64,000 nucleotides of DNA, taken from NCBI RefSeq assembly GCF_009914755.1, contig NC_060932.1; one strand, 5' to 3'. Within the stretch, counting starts at the first letter, position 1, and every line of letters starts with the position of its first letter. This document shows positions 47,911 to 61,186 of this stretch, in pieces. The translations under genes and the position numbers were made by a program. The notes under the pieces are model-generated. The model saw nothing but the letters and a program-made list of their open reading frames with translations. It was not told the DNA's origin and did not search any database. The DNA comes from the human T2T-CHM13v2.0 reference genome, Homo sapiens.

Positions 47911-48638
47911 GGAGTCAAGAAGAGCTGCCTAGTAGAAAGTTGGAGGAGAGGCTCATGAGAGTTGGAGAGTCTGCAGCCTTCAAAAGGCCATTGAAGTTGT
48001 GGCATGTAGACACATTGTCTAGACAAGGGGGAAAATAGAGAAAGGAGAGACTTGGTCAAAACCTTAAGGACTCCAACAAGGTGTCAGGGACCAAACCCCA
48101 AGCTAAAGAAGTAAACTGACAAGTGAACCAAAAGGCAAGCAGACCCCAGGAGAAAGTGATGTTCCAGAAGAGAGTGATCACATGCTAGCAAGGGGGCCCA
48201 CAAGATGAGCACCTGTAAGATTTAGTGTCTTGCAGCTCTTTGGTGACCCTGGGGAACAATTTCAGAGACATTGGTAAAGGACAGAAGCCACATCCAAGTG
48301 GACTGCAAAGTACCTGCAGTGATGACTATGACACGGTCATTCAGAAAGTGTGGCTGGAAACAGATAGAAAGAGGTAGTAAATCTAGAGATTATGGCAGGA
48401 ACATGATTTTTAAGATGGGAGCAGTTTGGCCATGTTTAAGTGCTAATGAGAAAGGAGAGCATGCGTGCAATCTGTAGTTCCAGATCACAAGGGGTGAGAA
48501 AGAATGGGATGATCTAGTGATCCAAAGTGGAGGAACTGGCCACAGAGAGGGTAAAAAAGATCACTTCTATCTTAACAGAGGGGAAGGAGTTTATCCAACT
48601 ACGTATCCACTCCTCTAATCTGAGTGCAGATTAACAAC

Positions 48639-49276
48639 TTCTTTTTTTAACTTTTATTTTAGGTTTAGGAGTACACATGCGGATTGATTATATAGGTAAA
48701 TTTCATGTCACAGCAGTTTGGTGTACAATTATTTCATCAACTAGGTAATAAGAATAGTACCCAATAGGGCTTTTTCAAACCATACCCTCCTTCCGCCTTC
48801 CACCCTACAGCAGCCCCCAGTGTCTATCATTCTCTTATTTGTGTCCATGTGTGTACTCAACGTTTAGCCCCCACTTATAAGTGAGAACATGCAGGATTTG
48901 GTTTTCCGCTCTTGCGTTAGTTCTCTTAGGATAATGGTCTCCAGCCGCATCCATGTTGCTGCAAAGGACATGATCTCATTCTTTTTTATGGCTGCATAGT
49001 ATTCCATAGTGTATATATACCGCATTTTCTTTATCCAGTCTACCATGGACGGGCATTTAGGCTCATTCTATGTCTTTGCTATTATGAATAGTGCTGCAAT
49101 AAACATACACATGCATGTGTCTTTATGGTAGAACTATTTATATTCCTTTGAGTATATATCCAGTAATGGGATTGCTGAGTTGAATGGTAATTCTGTTTTA
49201 AGTTATTTGAGAAATTGCCATACTGCTTTTCACAATGGCTGAAGTAATTTACATTCCTAACAGCAGTGTATAAGCA
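48639..49276 (-). mobile_element. L1PA13-16-type 3' fragment
   Basis: ORF2 C-terminus MEYYAAIKKNEIMSFAATW...FSLISG (48864-49046) plus 3'UTR and T-tail. Confidence 0.88.
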
Positions 49277-49598
49277 AAAACCTTTTTTTTAATCTTCACT
49301 TTAGACAAGCTAGTTACCAAATCAGTCAAGTGGGACTAATAAGAGTTTTTGAACAAACATTTATAATAGTAAACTCTCTCTTATAGAATTTTGAAAACAC
49401 CCTAATCAGTGGATGCTGGATGCTGAAACTGTCCACATTTTATTATCTATATTAATGTGTATATGCAAAATGCTTGCCATTCCCAATTCGACATTTAGAT
49501 TAAGAGCCTCTTGAAGGCAAGAATTTGATAGTTTTTATCTGACTCCCGAGTACTTCATAGGTGCTCAATAAATATTTCAGGATTCAGTTAAAAACTAG

Positions 49599-49988
<390 letters not shown>

Positions 49989-50704
49989 TAAAATTTAATA
50001 TAAACTTACATTCAAATTTGGGATATCAACTTGACATTTTGAATTGTTAGCATTTGAATTCTATGAATTATTACCATAGAATCCAGCCACTCTGATGTTT
50101 TAGGGGCATATCTATTAAGTAAAATCAAGAACCCAGAGCCTTTGTAGTCAGTGATAAGAGGTATAGGATTGAAAAAGATAGCAGTCAAAGAAATATTTCT
50201 GAAATTTCCAAAGCTAGGGATGGAGGGAAGATGCAAAGAACCCCAACCTGACCAGCCAGTTGGATAAGCCTTATCCCTGTGCCTCGAGTCATTTTAATAG
50301 ATTCTTTTAATTTCTTATCATTCTATTGTGGGTTGACAAAGTCCAGGGCCCACCTATTTGTCTTGCCCCTGGAGTGAGTTTCTTTTTGAGGCCAAGAAGT
50401 GATTATGGGAAGGAAATATGCAGCTATGCATGCTCTGGTGCCAGTTTTTACTTAAGCTCTAAAAATCACCCTGCCATGCCTTTGGTTTCTGAATTATTAG
50501 TCTATTCACACTTTTTGCCCCCTGTCAGGAGATGGAACTAAGACACACTGACAGTTCCTGGAGAGCCGTGTTTCTCTCTTCTGGGTCACTGCAAGTCAAC
50601 CTCAAGAACACAGCTCGGACGATGTGGTTGATGGGAACCCCAGTCTTCTGTCTTTATCTGCCTTCGGGAACAGAATAGGCAAGTGGCTGGGAGCATTAAA
50701 ACAT

Positions 50705-50860
50705 CACTTCTAGAGAATCACCATCCAGTCCAGTCCCATCATTTTGTAAACAAGGACACTGTGCCCCAAGATGGGGAAGCAATTTGCCCAAGGTCATGCA
50801 GCCACGTCAGCAGCAGGCTGAGGCTGGGATCTGAACTCCTGACTCCTGGGCCAAGGTTTC
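50705..50860 (-). mobile_element. MIR
   Basis: CATTTTGTAAACAAGGACACTG...TTTGCCCAAGGTCA...GAACTCCTGACTCC. Confidence 0.65.
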
Positions 50861-51480
50861 CCCTGGAGATCTCCAAATTAACACATTAACCCCTTTTCAA
50901 GTATTTGGTTCCAGCCATTTCTACCTTTCCTACATGTCTCTAAGAGGAGAAGAATGTACACATTCCTATCCACAGGCTCTATGTTTTTCTAAGACAAGTA
51001 TTCAGTTGGGGCAGAATCTGTCCCTGAGTGACATGTACTTTCCATTTTTCCATCTTACTGTTTTCTACAAAGCCCCCAGGAGGTCACGGAGACTGGAGAA
51101 CTCGCCTTAGTGCTCTGCCTTCCTTATTAGCGTCTTCACAGCACCCCTACTCCCTCTCCAAAACATTATTCCCAAATATCTAACCTGCCTGGCTCCTTTC
51201 CCATTTTGCAATGTCATCCTCTCAAAGCAAGGCATCTAGGACTGTGAGGTCTTCACAGTCCAAAGGCACATGTTGGCCAGGGAGTCAAGAGAGTCCTTGA
51301 AAGTAGCCTCTGAACTTGGAAGCAGAAGTCACACCTTTAGGGCCCCTTTGTGTCTTTCAGGCCCTTTCAAACGTGCATACACAGATAAATATGCACACAC
51401 ATACATAAACAAGCATGCATGTATGCAAACTCACACTTGAAAATGTGTATATACACAAAAGCATGCACACATGTATGCAA

Positions 51481-51483
51481 CAC

Positions 51484-51523
<40 letters not shown>
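51481..51523. repeat. (CA)n microsatellite in a CA/TG-rich low-complexity tract
   Basis: About 17 uninterrupted CA units after CACACACG; followed by (AAAAC)n. Confidence 0.95.
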
Positions 51524-51525
<2 letters not shown>

Positions 51526-52515
51526 GACAGCTAAAAAGCCAAAACCAAACAAAACAAAACAAAAAAAGGCCCATGCAGGAGAGGAGAAAATGTCCCCTTT
51601 CTATCTGCAGGCTGCCTCCAGCGAAAGCATTCCTAAATACGATAGGTTAAATATATTGCTGCCATTACACTCTACAAGAAACACATTCCATAAAAACGAA
51701 GGTGCTGTAAATTATACAAATATGATGCTAACAAGCCAGGAAACGCGCTGCTAATGAGGTCAGCTACAGAACTCCCGCAGCGCTGCAAATCATATGCCAA
51801 TCCTGCATATGAGGTACAAGAACGGCATTGGGTCAGCATTTTCTGAGTGTGTTTGTAACCTGCTGTTTGGTGTATGGTTACACAGGTAGATAAAAAGCCT
51901 CCACTTCTCCCCCCAGTGGCACCCCCACAACTTTGTTTATGTGTCAAATATCCAAGTCACCAGACGAGCACACTCTGCATTAATGTACCTGACTATTATG
52001 CCTATTGTTCTTCTGCTCAGAGTAGAGAATTAGTCACTCAGATGTGTAAATATTGGTTACAGTTTTGAAGCGTGCAAGCTTTGTGTTCCTATCAGCCCCA
52101 TTCCTGGAGGAATTATGCATGCTGTTGGCACTGGGTTTTGTACACACTGTATTTGCTAAAGCTCTAAAAATCAAATAAACATGTTCTCGGCTCCTGAATT
52201 ATTAGTCCATTCACCATCTTTCCCCGTTAGCGGGGGAAACAATAAACACACCAAAATATGGCATTTAGGAACTGCAACAAGATTTCTGCTTGGCATTTAC
52301 AAGTTGGAGAACAATCGAAACACCCTTCCTCTGCCTTTGTCATGCAGCCTTCAGCACAGAGAGCCGAGACAGCTTTGAAGTCCCTCCTGACCTCTTAGCA
52401 AATGAGATCTTTACCTAGAGTCAATGTGCAGGCTCCATTTCCAGACAGGTGTCAGACAAGGGGTTCAGTGCTGCTCCCAGGGATGAGCCAGGGAGGGACT
52501 CAAGAATCTAGGCAT

Positions 52516-52744
52516 TACCAGCTGGGCCATATAGCAAGACTCCATCTCTACAAAAAGAATTTAAAAACAGTATTAGCCAGGAGTGGTGGTACACACCTAC
52601 AGTCCCCGCTATTCAAGAGGCTAAGGCAGGATTGTTTGAGCCAAGGAGTTCAAGGCTGCAGTGAATTATGATCATGCCACTGCAATCCAGCCTGGGTGAC
52701 AGAGCAAGACTCTGTCTCTTAAAAAAAAAAAAAGGGAAAAATAA
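52516..52744 (+). mobile_element. 5'-truncated AluJ
   Basis: Starts mid left arm; A-tail; perfect 14-bp TSD AAGAATCTAGGCAT at 52502-52515 and 52745-52758. Confidence 0.92.
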
Positions 52745-54145
52745 AAGAATCTAGGCATCAAAGAAACCCACTCCACCCAAATTCAGAGGGTAGAGCCACA
52801 TCTACCAAGAGCAGCCTGACTCCCCCCTCTTAGAGTTCTCTAACTCTGTACTCCCTGCCCGAGGTTGGGATTAGCAAAGTCACATGATACAGTTTAAAAG
52901 GCATTGTTCAAAATGGTTAGATTCACCCCATAAACCAAAGAACCCCCAGACTGGCAACTATTTGGAAGAAAAGAGGGCTGCCAGTTTCATAGGCCAATCC
53001 CATTGTTTCTTGGCACATTTTTTTCCAATACTAAGATCCAGGGCAGTTAAGGTTTAAAGCCATTGAGGGTGAGTGAATAGAAAAATTGCGAAGTTTATAG
53101 TGAGATGCTCAAAAGGATACAAGCGAACATTTAGCAGATAAATACGATCACAAAAATATCTCCTACCTCCCCCAACGCTAAGCAAGGTATTTATGGTAGA
53201 GCTTAAGTTTAGAGCCAACATCAGGGGTGGGGGGTATTTTTCTGAACCGCCTGGCCTAGCCCTAGTCTCAGACACCTGTTTATACTCCATCTCAAAGGTT
53301 TTATTGAGTCTGTGTTCTCCCCAGTCTAGGGGCCCTGCCGTGGATCTATTTGTATACACACATCACAGGTTTTGGAAAAAACTTCAGCACATAAATGCCA
53401 TTATTTCCAACACAGTTGGTGTAAACCATATTTACTACCCAAACACTCAGCTAAAAATTGAGCTGCAAGGAAACAGTTGCAGCCACAGCAACAACAACAA
53501 CAACAAAGAAATCAGTGACAGCTACAAACCACAACCACAAATCAAACACATTTGTACAGTGGCCTTGAGGTGGGAAGCACAAAACAAAGGCGTAGCAAGA
53601 TGGCAGGCAGCGGCGGCGGCGCTCCACACACTGGAAGGAAAATTCTATTAGTAATTCCCTACTCTAAATTAAATACAGACTGCCTGTGGGGAGCACACAG
53701 GGATGTAAAAAGGAGTGGGATAGGTGCAGAGGGAGGGGGACACAGTAAGAGAATCACTAGTTTTTTCTCACTACCATAAAATCTCAACAGTCTATGTGGT
53801 TACTACAAGGAAATCTCAGGGTCTATACAGAAAGTGCTGGGACTGTCACTGACATTCAACAGCCACCTAATATCCAGCGTCGTCCAAACAAGACGGGACA
53901 TCCAACAGGCAGCATCTCTGCAAGTCAAGGCTAGACCCGTGCCCTGGAAGTGGGAATTGTCTTGCTTGTTACTCCAGTGAAGAAAGAGAAGGCCACAACA
54001 TCAAAGCCACACCCACACCCCAAGTGGGAATTTTCATTCATTCCTTTTTTTTTTTTTTGACAAGCATTCACTAAGCACCTGTTTTGTAAACAGTAAAAAT
54101 GATGTGTTTGGCACTGTAAAGGACAGAAATATAGGTAAGACCTCA

Positions 54146-54492
<347 letters not shown>

Positions 54493-55179
54493 GGAAAATT
54501 ATTTTAAGCAAAAAAGAAAATGACGGTTAAGTAGAAAAAAATGATAATAGCTTTTTTTAAACTGTCAAAAAAGCAGTATATGATTGACAACCCAGGAAGA
54601 GAATGATGTGAGCTGTAACTCCTGACTGAGTCCCAGGTAAAGAGAGAGTACTATAGGCTGGGGGCAATCCAGGAAGGTTTCAGGAGGAAGTGGACCTTGA
54701 AAGTAGACTGAACTGAGCTGGACAGAACAGAGTCAGGAGGAGCAGACTCAATGCAGGAAAATTACAGGTGTGAACAGCCAGGAGATGGGAACAAAAGTAG
54801 GCTGTCTGGGAAGTCTAAAGCGACCGTTTTGAAGGATGTGCAGATTTGTAAAGGGGAAGGGAGGCAGATAAAGTTGGAAAGGTTGTTTGTTTCTGCTGAA
54901 CATTAACCAAGCTAATAACGTTGGAGATTTGATCATAGTTGAAAATTACCTGTAATAAACACTAGGCAGGCTTCAGTAGAAGATAACCCTTATTCCTGTA
55001 TTCCTCATGTGTTTCCACAGAGGGAGAGGGAGTCACTGCAGAAGCAGGCACAGGACTGTGTGCAGGAGGATGGAGGCGTCTGTCTCCAGCCTGTGTGAGT
55101 CCGTCGTGAACACTTGAGCACTGGGGTCTTTCACGCCACCTCCCTTCTGGAAAGCACTAAGCCAGCGTAGTATACTTAC

Positions 55180-55350
55180 CAACTGCCTCTGTCTCCTGTC
55201 AGGCAAAATGCATGTTCAGGGGAAGGCAGGTGAGGGCCAGTGGAAGAGGGAGACAGAGAGATATTGTTCTTCCAGGCCAGGCAGAAGGTACTTGAACTCG
55301 GTAGGAAGGTCGGCTGTTTGTAACGGGAATGAGTTGAAAATCGCCATCAC
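55180..55350 (-). other. Candidate spliced non-coding (lncRNA or UTR) exon, 171 nt
   Basis: Minus-strand acceptor tttcacactttgtctgttctag|GTG and donor TTG|gtaagtat; stops in all three frames; no recognisable repeat. Confidence 0.4.
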
Positions 55351-56234
55351 CTAGAACAGACAAAGTGTGAAATATGCATTTTTCTCTTTTGTTTTATACC
55401 ATTTTTATGAGACCTCTGTGTAGATGCAGCAAGCAAGCCCTTGGCTCGAGCCCTGCAGGGTTGGCAGATTTATTACTGAAGAAGAAAAAAAATGAAAACA
55501 GTTCAGCTGTCTGGCCAGGTAGAAGGGATTATCTCCACTTGAAAGAAATAGACAAAAAAAGACTTGCTGGGGTGGTGAGAAGGACCCTCGCCCTGTCCAA
55601 AGCTGTGCACCCTCCACTGCAGCTAAAATCTGCCACTAATTCTTCAAATGGCTCTTATTTCCACCTCCAACCTGGCTACGAAAACCAAACTGCCTCTCCT
55701 GCAAGTCCCCTCACTGGCTCTCTTTGTACCAAACCCTCTTGGTGCCTGTCCCAGCATGGTGGAGTTGCCAGCCTGATGCGGATGTTGATTCTTCTACCAC
55801 CACCAAGGGGGTGGGCCCAGACCCGGAAAGTGCTCCCCAGCTGGGGCACCTGGTGGGACCTGGGTCTAGAGCAGCAAATCACCACAAATTCCAGCTCCTG
55901 GAGAGGCCTCCAGTCAGGAACTTGGAGCACCTCCTCTACCTCCTTTGGCCTTTTCCGGGGCCCTACCCTACCCAGGGCTCAGCCCAGAATCAGTTCAGCC
56001 TTGAGTCAAATACCCCATCTTATTTTCAGAAATAGTAAGACTGTCAGAGTACCAAAAATGGCTGTTACAATTTACAAAATGCCCTTTCACTCACATTATC
56101 ACATTCAACCAACTTTTCATTTTAACAAACTTCATTCTTACCATGTGCTAGGTACCATGCTAGGTACCAGGCATAGAAAGGGGTCATGACGACACAGCTC
56201 CAGCCCTCAGGACTCTCACAGACCAGTGGGCTGG

Positions 56235-56588
56235 CGTCTTAGTCCTCAGGCTGCTATAGCAAAATACCTTAGACTGGGTGCCTTATAAATAACAGAAATT
56301 TACTGCTCACAGTTTAGAGGCTGGGAAGTCCAAGATCAAGGTGTTGGCAGATTCAGTGTCTACCAAGGTTTTCCACTGCTTCATAGATGGTGCCTTCTTT
56401 CTATCTTCATGCAGCAGAAGGGGCAAAAGGGCTCCTTCAAGCCTCTTCCGTAAGGACATTGATCCTAGGCATGAGAGCTCTGCCACCTTCCAAAAAATCC
56501 TCACCTCCTAATACTATTGTACCAGGATTAGGTGTCAGCATACAAATTTGGTGATGGGAGGGGGGACATAAACATTCAGACCCTAGCA
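56235..56588 (-). mobile_element. MLT1A/MSTD-type MaLR solo LTR
   Basis: GTCTTAGTC..CAGGCTGCTATAGCAAAATACC...GGCTGGGAAGTCCAAGATCAAGG...AAACATTCAGACCCTAGCA; TSD GCTGG at 56230-56234 and 56589-56593. Confidence 0.88.
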
Positions 56589-56642
56589 GCTGGCTTCTCC
56601 AAGCCCCCATTCAGGTAGGTGTGATTTTCATGCCTACTGCTT

Positions 56643-56708
56643 CCTGCTTCCTGTCCTCCCTTCCCCTCTCCAGCCCCTGCTTCCTGTCCTCCCTTCCCCT
56701 CTCCAGCC
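56643..56708. repeat. Perfect 33-bp tandem duplication
   Basis: CCTGCTTCCTGTCCTCCCTTCCCCTCTCCAGCC x2. Confidence 0.95.
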
Positions 56709-58779
56709 ATCCTTGGAAGACACTTTTCCATCAGTTCTCTTCTCCCAGGAGCTCTATTGCTGCTCACCGTTATCAAAGGCCACACTCACCCAGAGGAGAA
56801 GAGGTAGATAAGAGAAAAGACACTTCCTACATCCCAGGACCTGAGCCTGGTGCCTTGTCCCTGGCTTCTTACTACTAGCTTTGTCTGGTCATGGAGAACT
56901 GGTTGGCTCTCCCCACTTCTGACTATACCTCCCAGTCCCCCAACCCTTGTCTGACCCCTAGAAACTGAGATCTTGAAGTCCCAGCTGGGGTTCCTTTTCT
57001 GAGACCATTGCAGACAAGGGAGGCTCAAGCCCTCACCCTCCCTCTTATCCATCAGCCTCACCCCCAGCACTGGCCTCTCCTGCACCACTGTCCTGCCAGA
57101 CTCCACCTCCTTGCCCCAGACCCCTACCCTCTCTCCAGCCCCCAAAGAAGTGAGGGATGAGTGTTTGCAAAGTGCTGTGAGGAGGAAAGAAGCCAAGTAC
57201 TTCCCATCCACAAGAAGAAAGCAATTTTAATTGAAAAACGGAATCGCAGATTACATGCAAATCTTTGCTGGCAAATTTCAATTACCGCCAAATTAAATGC
57301 ATAGCTAAGCTAAGCATCTTCGGGACACTCCATTTAATGTTTTCCCGGGATGTGTCCACAGCAATCAGAGGCAGCATGATAGGTGTCCTTCTAAAGAATG
57401 AGCCCCCAGGGAAGAACTCCAGGATGCTCAAGCTCTAGCTGCATGGCGCCCATATTTGGACCTTCTACAAGGTTATCTCAGCTGGGAAGTGGCCCAGGAG
57501 GGAAGAAAAGAGAAGAGTTCTTCCTGGCTTTACCCCTCCAGCCTCCTGTCCTTCAAACAAAAGCAGGCACCAGCAAGGGAAAAAAGAGGAAGTATTCTAA
57601 TAGTAATAATACTAAAAATTACCCTCCAAAAAATTGCCTTGTCTTTGCCTATTGTTTTACAAATGAGAAAACAGAGGCTAGAGCATACCTTGAGCAAGCT
57701 CAGGCAGCTCGCCACAGGGCCAGGACAGGAGCACAGGTTATCCATGCCCAGAAAAGGATTTCATTCCTAGATCACCCAGTTAACCCTAAAGAACAGGGCA
57801 CACACTCTGCTATGGCCTGGGGATGATGATGCTGTTTTCATTCGGCTGTTTTTCATTTCACTCTCATACTCTACTTTGTATTGGCAACTCTATCAGGCAC
57901 TTTGCCCCCTGCCACATGTCCCTCAATACAGTTCAACACACATACACTGGGTGCTTCGACACACCAGGCACTGTGCTAGGTACTGGGACTAGAAGACCAG
58001 AAACCCAACCACTCGTGCATCCCACAAAGCTGTAGGTCATATCCTGCAAGCACTGTGTCTTGCTGTGAGAGTGAACACTACAATCACCACATCTGAGACT
58101 TTGGTTTTAAGCTAGGCTCTCCAAGCAGATTGTAAATGCCTTAAGGAAACAACTGTGATCATTGATCTAAGCAACTCTACCCCCTAGGTCCAGCACCCTT
58201 TAGAACCTCCCATACCATGCACTCACAGAAAGTAATACATATTGGAAAGAAATCTGTAAGATCATGGTAGTTGCTGCTCAAAAAACATGGGGATAGACAT
58301 GTGAAGTATCGCCCTGCATTAAGAGGTGCCCCTTGATGCCTTCCATCCAAACAGTAAGTTACTTATCACTAAGAGATTGTTTGATGCTGGCCAATACTCA
58401 TGTCTCTAGAACACACCAAGGAGCATTCACTTTGGCAATAGTCATGCCCATCACAGCACCTGTCTTGGCCTAGGGTACCCCTGCTCTGGCCTGGTGACAG
58501 ACCCCAGGACCTTTTGGACACCTGGGTGTAGACAGTGTGAGAAGGAGGTGATCTGTAGGCCTGGCCCCAGAGTGGGAAGCCACACGGTTCAGGGAGCTGG
58601 AGCAGCTGCCCTCTCCAGGGCCCCCATCCTCAGTCTGATGAGATAAGCCAGGAAGAGTCTGACAGGCCAGGCTGCTGGAGAGAAAGAGAGTCCCCCTCAA
58701 CAGGGCCTGGGGCTACCCAGCTAGGGCCGCCTCTCACTCTGACTCCGCCTCTGCAGAGCATGTGGGTTCTCATGGCCTT

Positions 58780-58990
58780 ATCTGCCAGATGGCTCCCGGA
58801 GGGGATGATTTATTAGGTGCAGAAAGCTCGCTGATAAATTTTACTGCAAGTCCCCGGCAGAAGACTGGGGGTAGCAACAGCCCGGCGCAGGCAGCTCTAA
58901 TGGAAAGTGCCGTCACCAAAGAGCAAAGCATTATTTATGACTGTCTGTAATGCCGTTCGGGGGAAATTCATCATCGCCTCCCTGCTCCTT
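58780..58990. promoter_or_regulatory. Putative enhancer (PBX-HOX, E-box)
   Basis: CAGATGG at 58786-58792, TGATTTAT at 58806-58813, TTTATGAC at 58934-58941 and several CpGs in repeat-free DNA. Confidence 0.4.
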
Positions 58991-61147
58991 GCACGCAGGG
59001 ACAGCAGCACTGGGGGGGTGGCAGGGGGAGCACAGGACAGGTGGGGAACAGTCAGAGCTTCTCTGGGAATCTGCCAGTGGAGAGCAAGGCCATATTTTCC
59101 CTGGGTGACCCAACTCCCCTTGTCAAGTATCGACCTGCAATTCCCTTTACCTCCCCTCTTTTCTCCCCTACACTATTCTCAACCCCCGCCCCACTTCCAC
59201 CACCAAAACACAGAGAAGAGAGAAAAAGAATAATGTTTCGCTGTTCTGCATATGGAGTGCAGATTCTTGCATGTCAGCACGGGTGAGGGCAGTCCTGCCC
59301 AGAAGCAGAGATCTAGACCAAATGACCACCCAGTTCCCTTTAAGCTCCGAGCAAGAAAGGGGATGTTCTCCCATTTTGCAGTGGCTAAAGAAGGCAAGAC
59401 AGTGACCCAGCTATGCTCTCCCGCAGTCAGAGGCAAGGAGCTCACGAGGCTGGAGTCCCAACTGGACCAAGAAGCGTGTTCCCTGCCCCTTCAGCTGGAT
59501 GGAGACATTTGGAGGGATGCCCTGCCCTAGCCCACCTCACTCTCACCATGTCAACAGGTGAGGTCTTAATCCCTGTACTCCCTTGTAGCACATATAGAGT
59601 AGTCATGGATTGCTATCTGCCTTACATTGGAATTATTTATGTCTAAGTCTGTCTTTATTATCAAATTAAGTGCTCCTTGAGGGCAGGGGCTGTATCTTAC
59701 TACTCATTTTTATATTCATCTCAGCAGTAAGCAAAGCTCCTGCATGCACATGGTAGCCTTGATAAATGCGTGATAATAAAATTACACTGACAGGCTTAGG
59801 ACATTCTGGGGCTGTGGCCTCATGTGTTCGCAGTCATCTGTCACCATGCTGGTATTCACAGCAATTTAAAGGAGTTCATCCCCTCCCGCCTGTCAATCAG
59901 CATGGTATAATGGAAAGACCACTGGATTAAGAGTCAGGAGGAATGGGTTCTAGTGTTCAGTAACCCCAGACATTTTTTTAATACATAACATGGGCCAAGT
60001 CAGATTTTGCCACTAGCGCATGATTAAACGTGGGCAGCTCAGCTTACTCCTGTATGGGTTGGCGTTCTGCAGAGTAAAGGATGATAAAATCTGCTCATTC
60101 TAACTCATAGGACTTCTATGGAAATATGCGTATGATGAGAAGCAGATCTGAGTTCTAGAAAGGGAGGGAACAGCTTGTATCAAATGGTTCTCTATGCCAA
60201 GAAATGTGCTAAAGGGCTCTGTGTGTGCCATCTCATTTAAATACCTTCACAATAATTCTGTTGGGGTAGATTTTATTATTATGCTTACAATATAAATTTG
60301 AAAATGGGGTGTCAACTGCTTCACTAACTGGCTGGGTATCCTTGAGTTGAGTCATTTTCCCTCTTGGGGCTTCTTTCTCATCTGTGCAATAAAGTTGTTG
60401 GACTAGATGCTTGATAAGAACCCTTCAGGTTCAAATCCCTGTGAATCATCTAGTGATACTGTTGCCCAAGCAGCCCAGGCTGTTCTAGCCCATGGGAAGG
60501 GTGGGGTGTGATGGGTCACCAGCATTTCCAAAAGCAATGAGCTATGTATGAAGGGGTCTACTTAACTTTTTGCTTGAAGATTTCACCCCAACAAGAAATA
60601 TCAAAGAATGTAGTACTACAATCCACTACAACTGTCTCCCGAGAAGAAAAGAATGTAACAACCTCAGGCCAGAAAGGAGGCAGGCCAGAGGTCAGGGGAC
60701 AGTAGGCATCTCAGGAGCCCGGTCTGGGTTGCCCACCCTCTGACCATTCTGACCTGGTGAGGACATTGACAACAGTGCCACTGATGAGGCCCCATCGGTC
60801 TCTTTGCCAGCTCCCTGGCTAACGTTTTTTTCAAGAGTCATGACATATTAGATCAAGTAAATAACTTTATGGCCTCTAGTCCAAAAGATTTGCATGGAAA
60901 CGGAGGCCTTCTAACTCACAGGACTTCTGTAGAAACATGAATACGGTGAGAAGCAGATCTGAGTTCTAGAAAGCGGGGAAACAGCTTGTATCAGATAGTT
61001 CTCCAAGAAATATGCTAAAGGGCTCTGTGTGTGCCGTCACACACAGAGATCATTTTGTCTTGGGTAAAATGACTTGCTCAAGATAACAGAGTTACTGAGT
61101 GGCAGAGCTACCAAGAAACCAAACCTCCTGACTACTCATCAGAGTTC

Positions 61148-61155
61148 CTTCCTTC

Positions 61156-61186
<31 letters not shown>

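Noticed and set aside
51239-51261. GGACTGTGA-GGTCT-TCACAGTCC hairpin as an L2-derived miRNA
   Set aside because: A 9-bp stem is far too short for a pre-miRNA and the flanks do not extend the pairing.
51419-51754. His-Thr repeat protein
   Set aside because: Translation of a (CA)n microsatellite.
57925-58260. Opposed L2 fragments as a miR-28/151/708-like hairpin
   Set aside because: Too diverged and too far apart to give a visible stem.
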